From a virus (Duplodnaviria; Caudoviricetes), in the IMG/VR virus record IMGVR_UViG_3300028025_003683, positions 1-54,342 of that record: a DNA stretch of 54,342 nucleotides. One strand, written 5' to 3'. The translations under genes and the position numbers were made by a program. The notes under the pieces are model-generated. The model searched no databases. It saw nothing but the letters and a program-made list of their open reading frames with translations, and was not told the DNA's origin. How positions within the stretch are numbered: position 1 is the stretch's first letter; each line of letters begins with the position of its first letter. Positions 17,886 to 27,800 of this stretch are shown piece after piece.

Positions 17886-19793
17886 GTGGACCACATCAAA
17901 TCGCAGCTAGATAACCTGGCTGAGCTTAGTGACGAACAAGTCACCGAGCTTCAGAGCAGCATTATCAGCCAATTTGAGTCGGTCGAGGGTGAAGACCCTA
18001 CTCCTGAGACAGTTGATGTTATGACATCTCTCGCAGATAGTCTTGACACTGTTCGCGGTGAGCTTTCACGTCGCGAGGTACAAGCTGAAGAGCTTGCTGC
18101 CCGCGCAGCTGAGGCGACCGCACGTGTTAAGGGTGCAGAAGATGTTCAAGAAGACGGAGAGGCTATGGCCGACTATACAGAAGAGGATGCTCCAATGGAG
18201 GATGCTCCAGTAGAAGAAGTTCCTACAGAAGAAGTTCCTGCAGAGGAAGTTCCTATGGAAGAGGTTGGCGAAACCCCTGACGAGGAAGACGAAGACAAGT
18301 TGAAGGCTTATTCAGCCGAAAGCTTTGCTTCAGAAACTGAGACAACATCAACTACCGACGGAGAAGGCTCAGAGCTTTCAACCGAAACCGAGGTTTCTGC
18401 AGACGCAGAGCTTTCAGCCGAAGAGACCACCGAAGCAGCTGTTGAAGCTGTCGAGGGCTCAGAGGCATCAACCCAAGAAACATCATCTATTGCTCCAGAA
18501 GAGCAGGAAGAGCAGGCACCCGTGACCGCCGCAGCAGAACAGCCTTTCGAGGCTCCAGCTGACCGTCAGCCTGTAGTTCAGGTAGTCGAGACCGCTCCAG
18601 TGGCAATCACTGCGGGCGCTGACATCCCTGGCTACACAGCCGGCAGCACCATCAACGACATGAGCGAAGTAGCTTCAGCAATGGAGAAGCGCATTCACTC
18701 ACTACGTCGTGTCAACGGTGGAGATGGAGAGCAGCACATCGTTGCATCTATCACCACTCAGTACGGTGAAAACCGCACTCTATCAACCGACGCAGAGTCG
18801 AACTCAGCTAAGATTAACGCTGTTGTTGGCCAGGAGGCACTTGTTGCTTCTGGTGGTCACGCTGCACCTTTCGAGGTTAAGTACGACATCTTCGGTCTTG
18901 GTTCAACCACCAACCGTCCAGTCCGTGACTCGCTTCCTAAGTTCCAGGCTGACCGCGGCGGTATCCGCTTCGTAACTCCACCTAGCTTTGCTTCAGGTGA
19001 CTACGCAAATGCTGTTGGCATTTGGACCGCGGCAACCGACACCTTGCCATACAGCAACACCAAGACCAGCTTGACTGTGACCGCTGCTGCTGAGCAGACC
19101 GTGTCAACTGACGCTGTAACCTTGCAGCTACAGTTCGGTAACCTAATGACCCGTGCGTACCCAGAGCTAATTGCCCGTCACAACGAGCTAGCCCTAGTAC
19201 AGCACGCGCGTGAGGCAGAGCAGAACCTTCTAACCAAGATTGGTGACGCTTCAACCGCAGTAACCACCACCTCGACCATCGGTTTCGGCCGTGACTTCTT
19301 GGTACAGGTTCGTCGTGCAGCAGTTGCTTACCGCTCACGTCACCGCATTGACCCTAAGACTCAGCTAAAGGCGATTATTCCTGCATGGGTATATGACGCT
19401 ATGGCTGCCGACCTCACCTTGGCTATGCCTGGTGACGGCACCCTTGCTGTTTCAGAGTCAGAAATCAACGGCTACCTAGCACTAAGCAACGTAACCCTGA
19501 CCCCATCGCCAGACCTAACCGTCTTCGGTGCTCAGGGTGCGACTGCATTGTTGGAGTTCCCAGACAGCTTTGTCTGGTACCTATTCGCAGAGGGCTCGTT
19601 CTTGTTCCTCGACGGTGGTACTTTGGACCTAGGAATTATCCGCGACAGCACCCTAGTCGGCACCAACGACTACAAGATGTTTGTTGAGACCTTCGAGAAC
19701 GTTGCCTTCGTTGGCATCGAGGCTTTGAAGATTACTTCAACCATCACCGTAGCTGGTACCGCTGCAGCACTTGTAAGCGCTGTAGACTACTAA
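17886..19793 (+). CDS. Major capsid protein (hexamer type) with N-terminal scaffold-like region
   Basis: Strongest RBS in the window. Coiled-coil/acidic N-terminal half, then LVASGG...VRDSLPKFQADRGG...FGNLMTRAYPE...GTLDLGIIRDS...NDY, as in mycobacteriophage cluster B-like capsids. Confidence 0.9.
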   Translation: MDHIKSQLDNLAELSDEQVTELQSSIISQFESVEGEDPTPETVDVMTSLADSLDTVRGELSRREVQAEELAARAAEATARVKGAEDVQEDGEAMADYTEEDAPMEDAPVEEVPTEEVPAEEVPMEEVGETPDEEDEDKLKAYSAESFASETETTSTTDGEGSELSTETEVSADAELSAEETTEAAVEAVEGSEASTQETSSIAPEEQEEQAPVTAAAEQPFEAPADRQPVVQVVETAPVAITAGADIPGYTAGSTINDMSEVASAMEKRIHSLRRVNGGDGEQHIVASITTQYGENRTLSTDAESNSAKINAVVGQEALVASGGHAAPFEVKYDIFGLGSTTNRPVRDSLPKFQADRGGIRFVTPPSFASGDYANAVGIWTAATDTLPYSNTKTSLTVTAAAEQTVSTDAVTLQLQFGNLMTRAYPELIARHNELALVQHAREAEQNLLTKIGDASTAVTTTSTIGFGRDFLVQVRRAAVAYRSRHRIDPKTQLKAIIPAWVYDAMAADLTLAMPGDGTLAVSESEINGYLALSNVTLTPSPDLTVFGAQGATALLEFPDSFVWYLFAEGSFLFLDGGTLDLGIIRDSTLVGTNDYKMFVETFENVAFVGIEALKITSTITVAGTAAALVSAVDY

Positions 19794-19805
19794 AAAAATT
19801 GTAGC

Positions 19806-19829
19806 GGGGGGCTCGGAAACGGGCCCCCC
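19806..19829 (+). terminator. GC-rich hairpin after the major capsid gene (terminator or mRNA stabiliser)
   Basis: GGGGGGCTCG-GAAA-CGGGCCCCCC; no downstream U tract. Confidence 0.6.
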
Positions 19830-19871
19830 AATACAACAAAACAAACTTAAACTTTAATCTAAGGATTTCAG

Positions 19872-20747
19872 ATGGCTTTCCCAAAGAATGGCGTTGTAGA
19901 GGCACCAAAGATTGTGCCCTCCGCTTTTGGCCTACTCGCTGTAGTCAAGCCAGAGAATTCAGCCGACGAAGACCAGTGGGTCCGAGGCTTCTCACAAGAG
20001 TGGGAAACAACACTTTACTCAGCTACTAACTGGGATGACACAGATTCTACTGACGGCGAAGTTGTCGCTGCAGGAGTGCCAACTTATTACACAGAAATCA
20101 AGCCTTTCTTCATTGAAACAGAAGAGCTACGTTCTGGCCTAGGTTTTCTTGGCCTCGACCGTATTGCAAGACTAGAGCGTCAGATTGAGGGTGTAACTCA
20201 GCACGCTCTAGAGGTCGAGCTTTGGGACGGCGCTGTTCGCAAAGGTGAGAGTCACGCGAACAAAGCTCTCTCATCTTCTACCGCAACTATTCTTAACAGC
20301 GGAACAGCTCTAACAGCACGCCGTGCACTTGCACTTTTGGAGCATGCAATCGGTCAGGCATCTGACGGAGGCGAGCAGGGAATCATTCACATGACTCGAG
20401 ACGTTGCTGCTCTTCTATCGAGCAGCAGCCAAATGCTTCTTCACGAAAAAGAAAAAGACCACCTACAAACTCTAGGTGGCACTCCAGTTATCGTTGGCTC
20501 AGGCTATTCAGGTAACGGACCTACCGGCGCAACTGGCGCGACCGCCACTGACGCCAACAAATGGATTTACGCCACCGGCACTGTCCGCACTTATGTGGGC
20601 AATATCGATGTCGTGAACGACAGTCTAGCGCAAGCTTATGACGTGTCGGGTAACACGAATGACATGCGTCTCAAGGCAATCCGCCCAGCGGCAGTTTACT
20701 TTGATACATCAATCCACCTCGCTGTTCGGGTCGACCTAACAGCTTAA
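19872..20747 (+). CDS. Second capsid protein (probable pentamer capsid protein)
   Basis: 291 aa right after the MCP; FGLL.V, ALE.ELW, IIHM, TLGGTPVIVGSGY and WIYATG motifs resemble the second capsid gene of cluster B-like actinophages. Confidence 0.65.
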   Translation: MAFPKNGVVEAPKIVPSAFGLLAVVKPENSADEDQWVRGFSQEWETTLYSATNWDDTDSTDGEVVAAGVPTYYTEIKPFFIETEELRSGLGFLGLDRIARLERQIEGVTQHALEVELWDGAVRKGESHANKALSSSTATILNSGTALTARRALALLEHAIGQASDGGEQGIIHMTRDVAALLSSSSQMLLHEKEKDHLQTLGGTPVIVGSGYSGNGPTGATGATATDANKWIYATGTVRTYVGNIDVVNDSLAQAYDVSGNTNDMRLKAIRPAAVYFDTSIHLAVRVDLTA

Positions 20748-20771
20748 TAACTACCTAAGGAGAATAGCTAA

Positions 20772-21881
20772 ATGGCTACTCAAGAATATGCTGCTAGCAT
20801 CCAGGGTGTGTCAATTCGTGTCACCCGCTTGGACGCTGCTGGCAACCTACTGACTGGTGCTGGTAACAGCTACACCACCTCAGCATTTATGCGTATTTCG
20901 TTTACCCCTGAATATGAAGAGGGCGACGAAATCACCGAGAAGGGTGCAAACGGTGTTGTATGCGTAACATACAAGGCTCCGGACACTCTAAAGCGTATTA
21001 CCATGGAGCTCGCTATCTGTGAGCCAGACCCGGAGCTTTCAGCTCTTCTATCTGGTGGTCTATTGCTTCGCAAGAACCTCGGAACCGCTGGAGACCCTAA
21101 CGAGAAGTCAATCGGTTGGGCAGCTCCTGGCGTTGGTGACGACCCTGCTGGTAACGGTGTTGCCGTTGAAGCTTGGTCACACGCAGTTAAGGACGGAAAG
21201 CGCGGAGGCGTTCTTCCTTACTTCCACTGGGTATTCCCATACGCTAAATTCCGTCAGTCTGGCGACCGCGTTATCGAGAACGGCCTAATGGCTAACACCT
21301 TCGAAGGCTACGGTCTTGGAAACGTTAACTTCAAGTCAGGCATCGACGGCCGCTGGGAGTTCCCAACTGCTGCAGAGCGCCCATACGCTTACGCACGCAC
21401 CACTTGGGCTCCAACTGGTCTAAACGGCTTCTACACTTGGACCGACAACTCGACTGACCAGACTGTATTTACCGCTGCTGGCGTTCTAAACGCAAGCACT
21501 GTAACTGTAAGCACTGCTCAGGCATGGGTCGGTAACACCACTGCTCAGCTTGTATTCTCTGGCGACCCTAAGCTAGAGGTTGGCGACGTTCTATTCGTTA
21601 AGAACGCTGGTACTTCGTTCGACGGAACCGTTACTGTTACTGCAGCTAACACCAGCGCGATTAGCTACACCAACGCATCAATCACTGCTAACGTTGCTTC
21701 GGCTACTGTTGCTACTGCTACACGTATCCAGGTTGTTAACTCGGTCACTGAGAGCTACCCAAGCCCGATTGCTGTGACTACCCTAGGCACTGCTGGAGAC
21801 ACCTTCAACGTTCCAGGTAACATCAACTACAACGCTGATGCTGCTATCGACAACATCATTGCTGCTAACGAAATCGGTTAA
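20772..21881 (+). CDS. Major tail (tube) protein with C-terminal accessory domain
   Basis: IRVTRLD..G, EYEEGDEI..K.ANG.VCV, ICEPDPEL and YFHWVFP motifs; AAGGAG RBS. Confidence 0.85.
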   Translation: MATQEYAASIQGVSIRVTRLDAAGNLLTGAGNSYTTSAFMRISFTPEYEEGDEITEKGANGVVCVTYKAPDTLKRITMELAICEPDPELSALLSGGLLLRKNLGTAGDPNEKSIGWAAPGVGDDPAGNGVAVEAWSHAVKDGKRGGVLPYFHWVFPYAKFRQSGDRVIENGLMANTFEGYGLGNVNFKSGIDGRWEFPTAAERPYAYARTTWAPTGLNGFYTWTDNSTDQTVFTAAGVLNASTVTVSTAQAWVGNTTAQLVFSGDPKLEVGDVLFVKNAGTSFDGTVTVTAANTSAISYTNASITANVASATVATATRIQVVNSVTESYPSPIAVTTLGTAGDTFNVPGNINYNADAAIDNIIAANEIG

Positions 21882-21893
21882 TAGTAATTAGAT

Positions 21894-21940
21894 AACGGGT
21901 GGTGCGTAGACTGTAGCAATACACCTACGTACCACCCGTT
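21894..21940 (+). terminator. Long hairpin after the major tail gene
   Basis: AACGGGTGGTGCGTAG pairs with CTACGTACCACCCGTT, with an inner TGTA-GCAA-TACA stem. Confidence 0.7.
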
Positions 21941-21961
21941 TATACTTAGTAAGAGGTTTAA

Positions 21962-23068
21962 ATGAGTAACAATCTGTGGGTACAGCCCGAAGAACTTGGA
22001 GCATATTCTGATACTGAATATGCGCTAGAGGCTTGCCAGGTTGCTTCACAACTTCTTTGGTCTATGTCTGGTCGTAAGTATACGGGCGAGACAATTGTGA
22101 CCGAGCGTTACACATGTGTACTAAGAAACAACCGAATGGGCCCGTCTACTAAGACCAACAGCCCTGTACTTTTTGGTGGAGATGTCTACAACATCCCATC
22201 TGGAGACTATGACGAGTACTCAGAACTCGTTGCAGACGGCCTCTCTCCCGACGCACGCATCCGCTTGCGTGGCCGACCTGTCATTAAAATCCACACGATG
22301 CGCAACAAGACTGGAAAAATTCTTGACCCATCGAGCTACTACCTAGTAGACCACTCGACTATCCACGTTGTTGCTGGAACTCCTTGGACTCCTTGCAACA
22401 CTGAAATTACCTATTCTTACGGCACTCCAGTTCCAATTAGCGGCAAGATGGCTGCTCGCACCCTTGCTATGGAGTTTGCAAAACTTTGGGCTGGCGATGA
22501 CGACTGTGCCCTTCCTCAGCGTGTGACCTCTGTATCGCGTCAGGGCGTCTCCTACACCATCCTAGACAACCAAGAGTTTATCCAAGAGCTTCGCACTGGT
22601 ATCTATGTAATCGACCTGTTCCTAAAGACCGTAAACCCAGACAACGCCCGCAAGAAGGCTAAAGTCTTTACCCCGGACGTTCCGCGTGCTCGCCGCTACA
22701 CTGCTAAGCCTTTGGCATTAACTGCGAACACCAGCTTCGACTTAGTTGGGGTTAAGGGCGCGAATGTTGTCTGGAACTCTGCTAACGTTGCGAACGTTAG
22801 CATATTCTTTGCTAACACTGGCTACACCCCTCAGGTAAAGATTAACAATTACGGCGGCACTAAGTCCATAACTATAGACTCATCCAACATCTCTCTTAAC
22901 AATGCCGCCAGCACCATGACTTTTACAGCAACCTACGAAGATACCTTTAATGCAATTGGAATGGTTGACCCCGGCACGTGGACCCTCTATGCCACCCGCA
23001 CTGTCAACAACGTTGCAGAGGTCTCTCAGCTGGCGACGGGAAACATCAGTACTAGGATGTACAGCTAA
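21962..23068 (+). CDS. Head-to-tail adaptor with C-terminal extension
   Basis: ASQLLWSMSGRKY, LA.EFAK.....C.LPQRVTSVSRQGVS and RTGI..ID.FL..VNP motifs. Confidence 0.75.
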   Translation: MSNNLWVQPEELGAYSDTEYALEACQVASQLLWSMSGRKYTGETIVTERYTCVLRNNRMGPSTKTNSPVLFGGDVYNIPSGDYDEYSELVADGLSPDARIRLRGRPVIKIHTMRNKTGKILDPSSYYLVDHSTIHVVAGTPWTPCNTEITYSYGTPVPISGKMAARTLAMEFAKLWAGDDDCALPQRVTSVSRQGVSYTILDNQEFIQELRTGIYVIDLFLKTVNPDNARKKAKVFTPDVPRARRYTAKPLALTANTSFDLVGVKGANVVWNSANVANVSIFFANTGYTPQVKINNYGGTKSITIDSSNISLNNAASTMTFTATYEDTFNAIGMVDPGTWTLYATRTVNNVAEVSQLATGNISTRMYS

Positions 23069-23568
23069 TGACTATCGACATTACCGGGGCTACCGACGAG
23101 GCAATGCACCTCACCGACATGATGGACGGTATTCTTGACCGCGTTGAAGCGGTGTTCCAGTCATACAACGTTAACCTACCCACTCGCCGCTACTGGATGA
23201 TTGGTGAGCCAGCCATTGACTGCGAGCAAGTTGTTGTCTCGTTTAATCAGATGTACCTAGGCGCTCCTGGTGACGAAGCCAGCCAGCCTCAGCGTTGCAA
23301 CGTTCCGCGTAGCGCCACTGTTACTATTTATATCTCACGCGAAGTGGCTACCGTTGGCGTGAACGGTCGCCCGCCAAGCCCTGAGAAGATTCAGCAGACC
23401 TCTGCTCGCTCGACCACTGACGCCTGGGTCCTTATGGAAACTGTTCGAGAGTTTGACATGTGGGACGGTACAGGATATGGTCTTGGTGTCGTGGCTAACC
23501 TAGAGATTAGTGGTCCGGACGGTGGATTTCAGACTGTAGGGCTACAAGTTACTATGGCGGTTCCATAA
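23068..23568 (+). CDS. Tail terminator / neck protein
   Basis: 166 aa; PAIDCEQ and GPDGG motifs; position between adaptor and chaperones. Confidence 0.6.
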   Translation: MTIDITGATDEAMHLTDMMDGILDRVEAVFQSYNVNLPTRRYWMIGEPAIDCEQVVVSFNQMYLGAPGDEASQPQRCNVPRSATVTIYISREVATVGVNGRPPSPEKIQQTSARSTTDAWVLMETVREFDMWDGTGYGLGVVANLEISGPDGGFQTVGLQVTMAVP

Positions 23569-23569
23569 A

Positions 23570-24016
23570 ATGAGCAATGGTGTTCCTGCGGTAGTCTCAT
23601 TTAAGTTTAGAAAAGTAGAGTTTATCGAGCCTCAATACACCAACATGGTTAAGGGCCCAACTGGAACTGTTGCACGCTGGCTGAGAGGTCGCGCTAGGTC
23701 TGCCGTATTTCAGGCAAGAATTCAGGTCGGTAAAGACACCGGAAGATTGGCAAAGTCAATCAAGTTCTCGATGAGGGCTTACCGTAGCGGTCAGGAAGTC
23801 TCTATATTTTCCAACAACAAGATTGCCTACATCCACCACGAAGGTACTAGACCTCACCTCATCTTCCCTAAAAAAGCGGGAAGTAATCTTGTGTTTTTTG
23901 GTAGCAAGACTAAAAGCATTGTTTTCACTCCTATGGTCCGCCACCCTGGAACCAAGCCAAACAGGTACCTATCTGACCAACTAAAGATATTCACTAAAGA
24001 CCTCAAGCCTCTGTAG
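23570..24016 (+). CDS. HK97 gp10-like tail completion protein
   Basis: Basic protein with DTGRLAKSI, YIHHEGTRPH and VRHPGTKPNRYL. Confidence 0.7.
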   Translation: MSNGVPAVVSFKFRKVEFIEPQYTNMVKGPTGTVARWLRGRARSAVFQARIQVGKDTGRLAKSIKFSMRAYRSGQEVSIFSNNKIAYIHHEGTRPHLIFPKKAGSNLVFFGSKTKSIVFTPMVRHPGTKPNRYLSDQLKIFTKDLKPL

Positions 24017-24106
24017 GCCAAACTAGCCCTCTTTCTGCCATAGTACAATTGATAGTGGTGCATGCGCACCGCTAAGACGAATATCTAAAAGAAAGAACTA
24101 AATAAG

Positions 24107-24445
24107 ATGGCAAGATTTAAAGATTTTGGCAAGGGCAAGGAAGACAACGCGTCAGCCGAGCCAATCAGTTTTACACTTCACGGAGAGAACTTTGAGTGTC
24201 TCCCGCGCCTTCAGGGTAAAGTTTTGCTCGAGTTTGTTGAGCTAGCTAACTCTGAAAACGCCTCAGACTCGGCAAAGGTTACCCGTACTTTCTTCAAGAA
24301 GGTATTGCCTGCAGAAAGTTACGCACGATTTGATGCGCTTCTAGAGGACGAGAAGAAAATTGTTTCTGTGGAAACTTTGGGAGAAATCATTGGCTGGCTC
24401 ATCGAGGAGTACAGTGACCGCCCAAATCCGCAGCCAGAGGCTTAG
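24107..24445 (+). CDS. Tail assembly chaperone (lambda G-like)
   Basis: 112 aa upstream of the tape measure gene; ends with slippery CCCAAAT. Confidence 0.85.
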   Translation: MARFKDFGKGKEDNASAEPISFTLHGENFECLPRLQGKVLLEFVELANSENASDSAKVTRTFFKKVLPAESYARFDALLEDEKKIVSVETLGEIIGWLIEEYSDRPNPQPEA

Positions 24446-24469
24446 CAACCTGGGCGGTTGACCTCTGGC
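24421..24469 (+). promoter_or_regulatory. Tail chaperone -1 frameshift signal
   Basis: C CCA AAT at 24421-24427 followed by a GCCAGAGG/CCTCTGGC stem; the -1 frame is open into 24493..24813. Confidence 0.85.
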
Positions 24470-24813
24470 CGTACGTACATGGAAAGGCAATAGTGAATAA
24501 GTTAGAGCTCACGGAGATGAACGTCTCCGACATGCTCGACGTTATTCACTATTTCTATGAAGAAGATATGAATTACGCAACTGTAGAGCAGGCTCAGATG
24601 GCCGAAGCTAGGCGTACTTTTGTCTTCGAAGAAATGTATCAGACCAAGTATGATTACAAATCTTTTAACAAAAATAGCAATAATTCAGCCGATGACGGTA
24701 TAACTCCGTTTGACCCGCTAAATAAAGATGTAAAGCCATACATTCCGCCTACAGAAGTAAACCCCGATTCGTATAGCCCGTTTGGAAGCGTCTTAGACGC
24801 TCCGATAGGTTAG
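24427..24813 (+). CDS. Tail assembly chaperone frameshift extension (GT-like, ~235-aa fusion)
   Basis: The -1 frame is open from the slippery site; classic position before the tape measure gene. Confidence 0.8.
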   Translation, partial: SAARGLATWAVDLWPYVHGKAIVNKLELTEMNVSDMLDVIHYFYEEDMNYATVEQAQMAEARRTFVFEEMYQTKYDYKSFNKNSNNSADDGITPFDPLNKDVKPYIPPTEVNPDSYSPFGSVLDAPIG

Positions 24814-24844
24814 TCCGGTTTAGTAACAGTTAGGAGGTGAGAAT

Positions 24845-27800
24845 ATGGCCGTCGTCGGTAGAGCAGAAATTATTGTTCGCGCAGTCACAACTGGAATCAA
24901 AGATGACATACGCAAAGGGCTAGCTGGTTCGGCTGGCGTTGCGGAGACTGCTGGTAGTGATGTTTCTAGAAGTTTTAATAGAGGACTAAGAAGCAATGAT
25001 ATCAGTAAGTCTTTTAACAAATTTAAACAAGAAACCGAGCAACTAGGTAAGGCATTCTTCCAAGCTATTCGAACCAGTTACAAGTTCCAAGCTGCAGCTG
25101 GTGCGCTTTTGCAATCTATTATGGCGCTCGGTGGCGGTATTCTCGCCCTTAGCGGTAACATGCTGGGAGCCGCTGCCTCGGGTGTGGCTCTTATAGGTCT
25201 TATGGCCCAGATGAAGCTGGCTAGCGTAGTGGCTAAACAAGCGTTTAGCGGCATTATGCAAGCCGTAAAAGCCTCCAGCTCCGGAAGCCAAAAAAGCATT
25301 AGAGAGCTACGCGAAGAAATGCAGCAACTTGCATTTGACGCGGAAGAAGCTGCACTTGCAGAAGAGGGAGCAGCTCTAAGCCTAGAGAAGGCTAGAGAAG
25401 AGCTAGCCCGTTCGCAGAGTCTGCCACCTGACAACCGAGCACGCCGCGAAGCAGAACTTGCATACCAAAAAGCAGAGCTTGCGTATCGTAAAGCAAAAGA
25501 CAAAAACAAAGACCTTCAAGAAGAGATAGACAATCCTAAGAAAAAGTCTGGAACAGACCCCTACGCTGACCTAACCAAGACTCAAAAGGTCTTTGCTGTC
25601 TATCTCAAGAGCGTAATGCCTAGGATGAAAGACTTGAAGGAAGCCGCTGCAAGCAGCTTCCTACCAGAGCTACAGACGCAGATGGAAACCCTGTTTAAGA
25701 GCGGGTACTTTGACATGCTTGTGGGGGGATTCAGAGAAGTTAGCGGTGGTCTGGCTAAAGCAGTAAAGAGTTTTGCAGGAACTCTTTTTGACCCTAAAAA
25801 CAAGGGTAACCTAGCAGACTTCTTCAAATCAACGGCTACTAACCTTGGCAGCTTTGGCTCTATTATTGGAAATGTTTTTGCTGGCTTCCTAGGTCTAATG
25901 AAAAACATTGACCCGCTCATTGGGCGACTAGCAATATTCTTAAACCGCAAAAGCTCTAACTTTGCAAAGGAGATGACCGCTAACAGCGCGTCAATCACTT
26001 CTTTCTTTAAGCTAGCAGGGGATGCTGCCGCCGGTTGGGGTAAAATTCTTGGTAACTTGTGGAGCAGATTTAAAGGCTTCATAAAAGCTAACATCGGACC
26101 GGGGACTGGAGGTCAGCTACTTCTTGACTGGCTCAAAGGCGGTACCGATGCGTTTCGTGGCTTAGACGGGGCTGCAGGGGAATACGCTCGTAAAAACCAC
26201 TTCCTAGCTTCGGCTGAAAACCTAAAAGCAATGCTTCAAAGCATTGGTAAAATTTTTGGGTTCCTATCGGACATTGGAACCTCTCCTGAAGTAATGGTTT
26301 TTTGGAAAACTCTGGAAGGTCTAGAAGAGCCATTTAAGAGAATCTTTGAAGGCATTACTGGTTCAGCAGACGAGCTTGCAAAGCTTTTAGTCTCTGTTGT
26401 AGAAATTTTTGCCTCGTTTGCTGACTCAGCGCAGTTAAATGCTTATTTGTCGATACTAGCAACTATAGCGAATGTTGCAGCAAACACCCTAGAAGCCCTC
26501 AGGCCTCTATTCCAATTGTTTGGCCCACTTGTTGGTGCTATTGGCGCTTTTATATCTATTCTTTTAATTTCCAAAAAAGTACTGCAACTGCTGGTCTATC
26601 CAATACTACTTATAACAAACGGATACGTGGCTCTTACTAAAGTAATATTAGTCCTTCGCGGTGCGTTTGTAGCGTATAACGTGATAAAGGGTATTGCACT
26701 AGCTCAGGAAAAATCTGGCATAATTTTATCCGCAGTCCAAAGAGCCGGTATTTACAAAGAAATTATTGCTAAAACCTTAGCAACAAAGGCAACTTTGGCT
26801 CAGTCGATTGCTATTGGCATGAACACCGCCAGAACTAGTGCAGCTGCAATTGCAGGCGGTACCCTAGCAACAACTAACGCGGCTGTTGGCGCTACGGCAA
26901 CCGCATCCATCGGCCCTATAGCTACTATGGGTGCAGCCCTTCTAACATCTTTGGCTCCTATTCTTCCTATTGTTCTTGCTATTGCTGCTGTAATTGCTGC
27001 AATCACTGCTGGAATAATTATCTATAACAGCATAAAGACGGACAACGCTAAGAGAGCTTTAAAATCTCTAAGTACCTCTTTTGAAGAAAACAAACAAAAA
27101 TCGATGGGCGCGGCCGAGGCTCAGAAATCTTGGCAGTCCTCTCTAATTGCAGTAGACGGCGCGGCGCGAAACGGGATTGAAAACGTTAAAGACTTAGGTA
27201 AAGTGCTCAACGAAACCCAGGTCGGGGCAAGGGGGATGACCGTTGTCAGCAACGAGGCCGGAGCTGCGTCAGAAGCCTTAGGCACCTACATGAAGGGTCT
27301 ATCTAAGCTGGCTAAGAAGAGCTTGCCTGATGCTCAGCGTGAGTTCCGCAACTTAGTTGTTGTTGGAAAACTCAATCGTAAAGCCACTACTGATGCAATT
27401 TTAAAGAATGAAGAATATGTAGCAATTTTGGAAAAGCAAGCCAAGGCAATGGGCGACACCATTATGGCTGCTGATGGTTCTGTAGACGCTATTAAAGCTG
27501 TCGACTACGCTCTGGGTGAGGGAAGTTATCTACGTAGAATAGCAGCTCTAGAAAATGAAAAACTAGCGCAGTCCTATAAAGATGCTACTGCTAGCTTTAT
27601 TGACACTAACTCTGCCATGCAAAAAGCTACGGATGGTAATAAGTTCAGCCTAAAAACCTATCTAAATGAGCTTAAAACCCAGAGTAGCAAGCTAACTGAT
27701 TGGCGCAATAATTTAACTGACATTAGAAAACTATTCACCGACCCTAAGCTATACAATGACATTGTTAAGATGGGTGCCGCTGGTGCTGACCTAGTAAACA

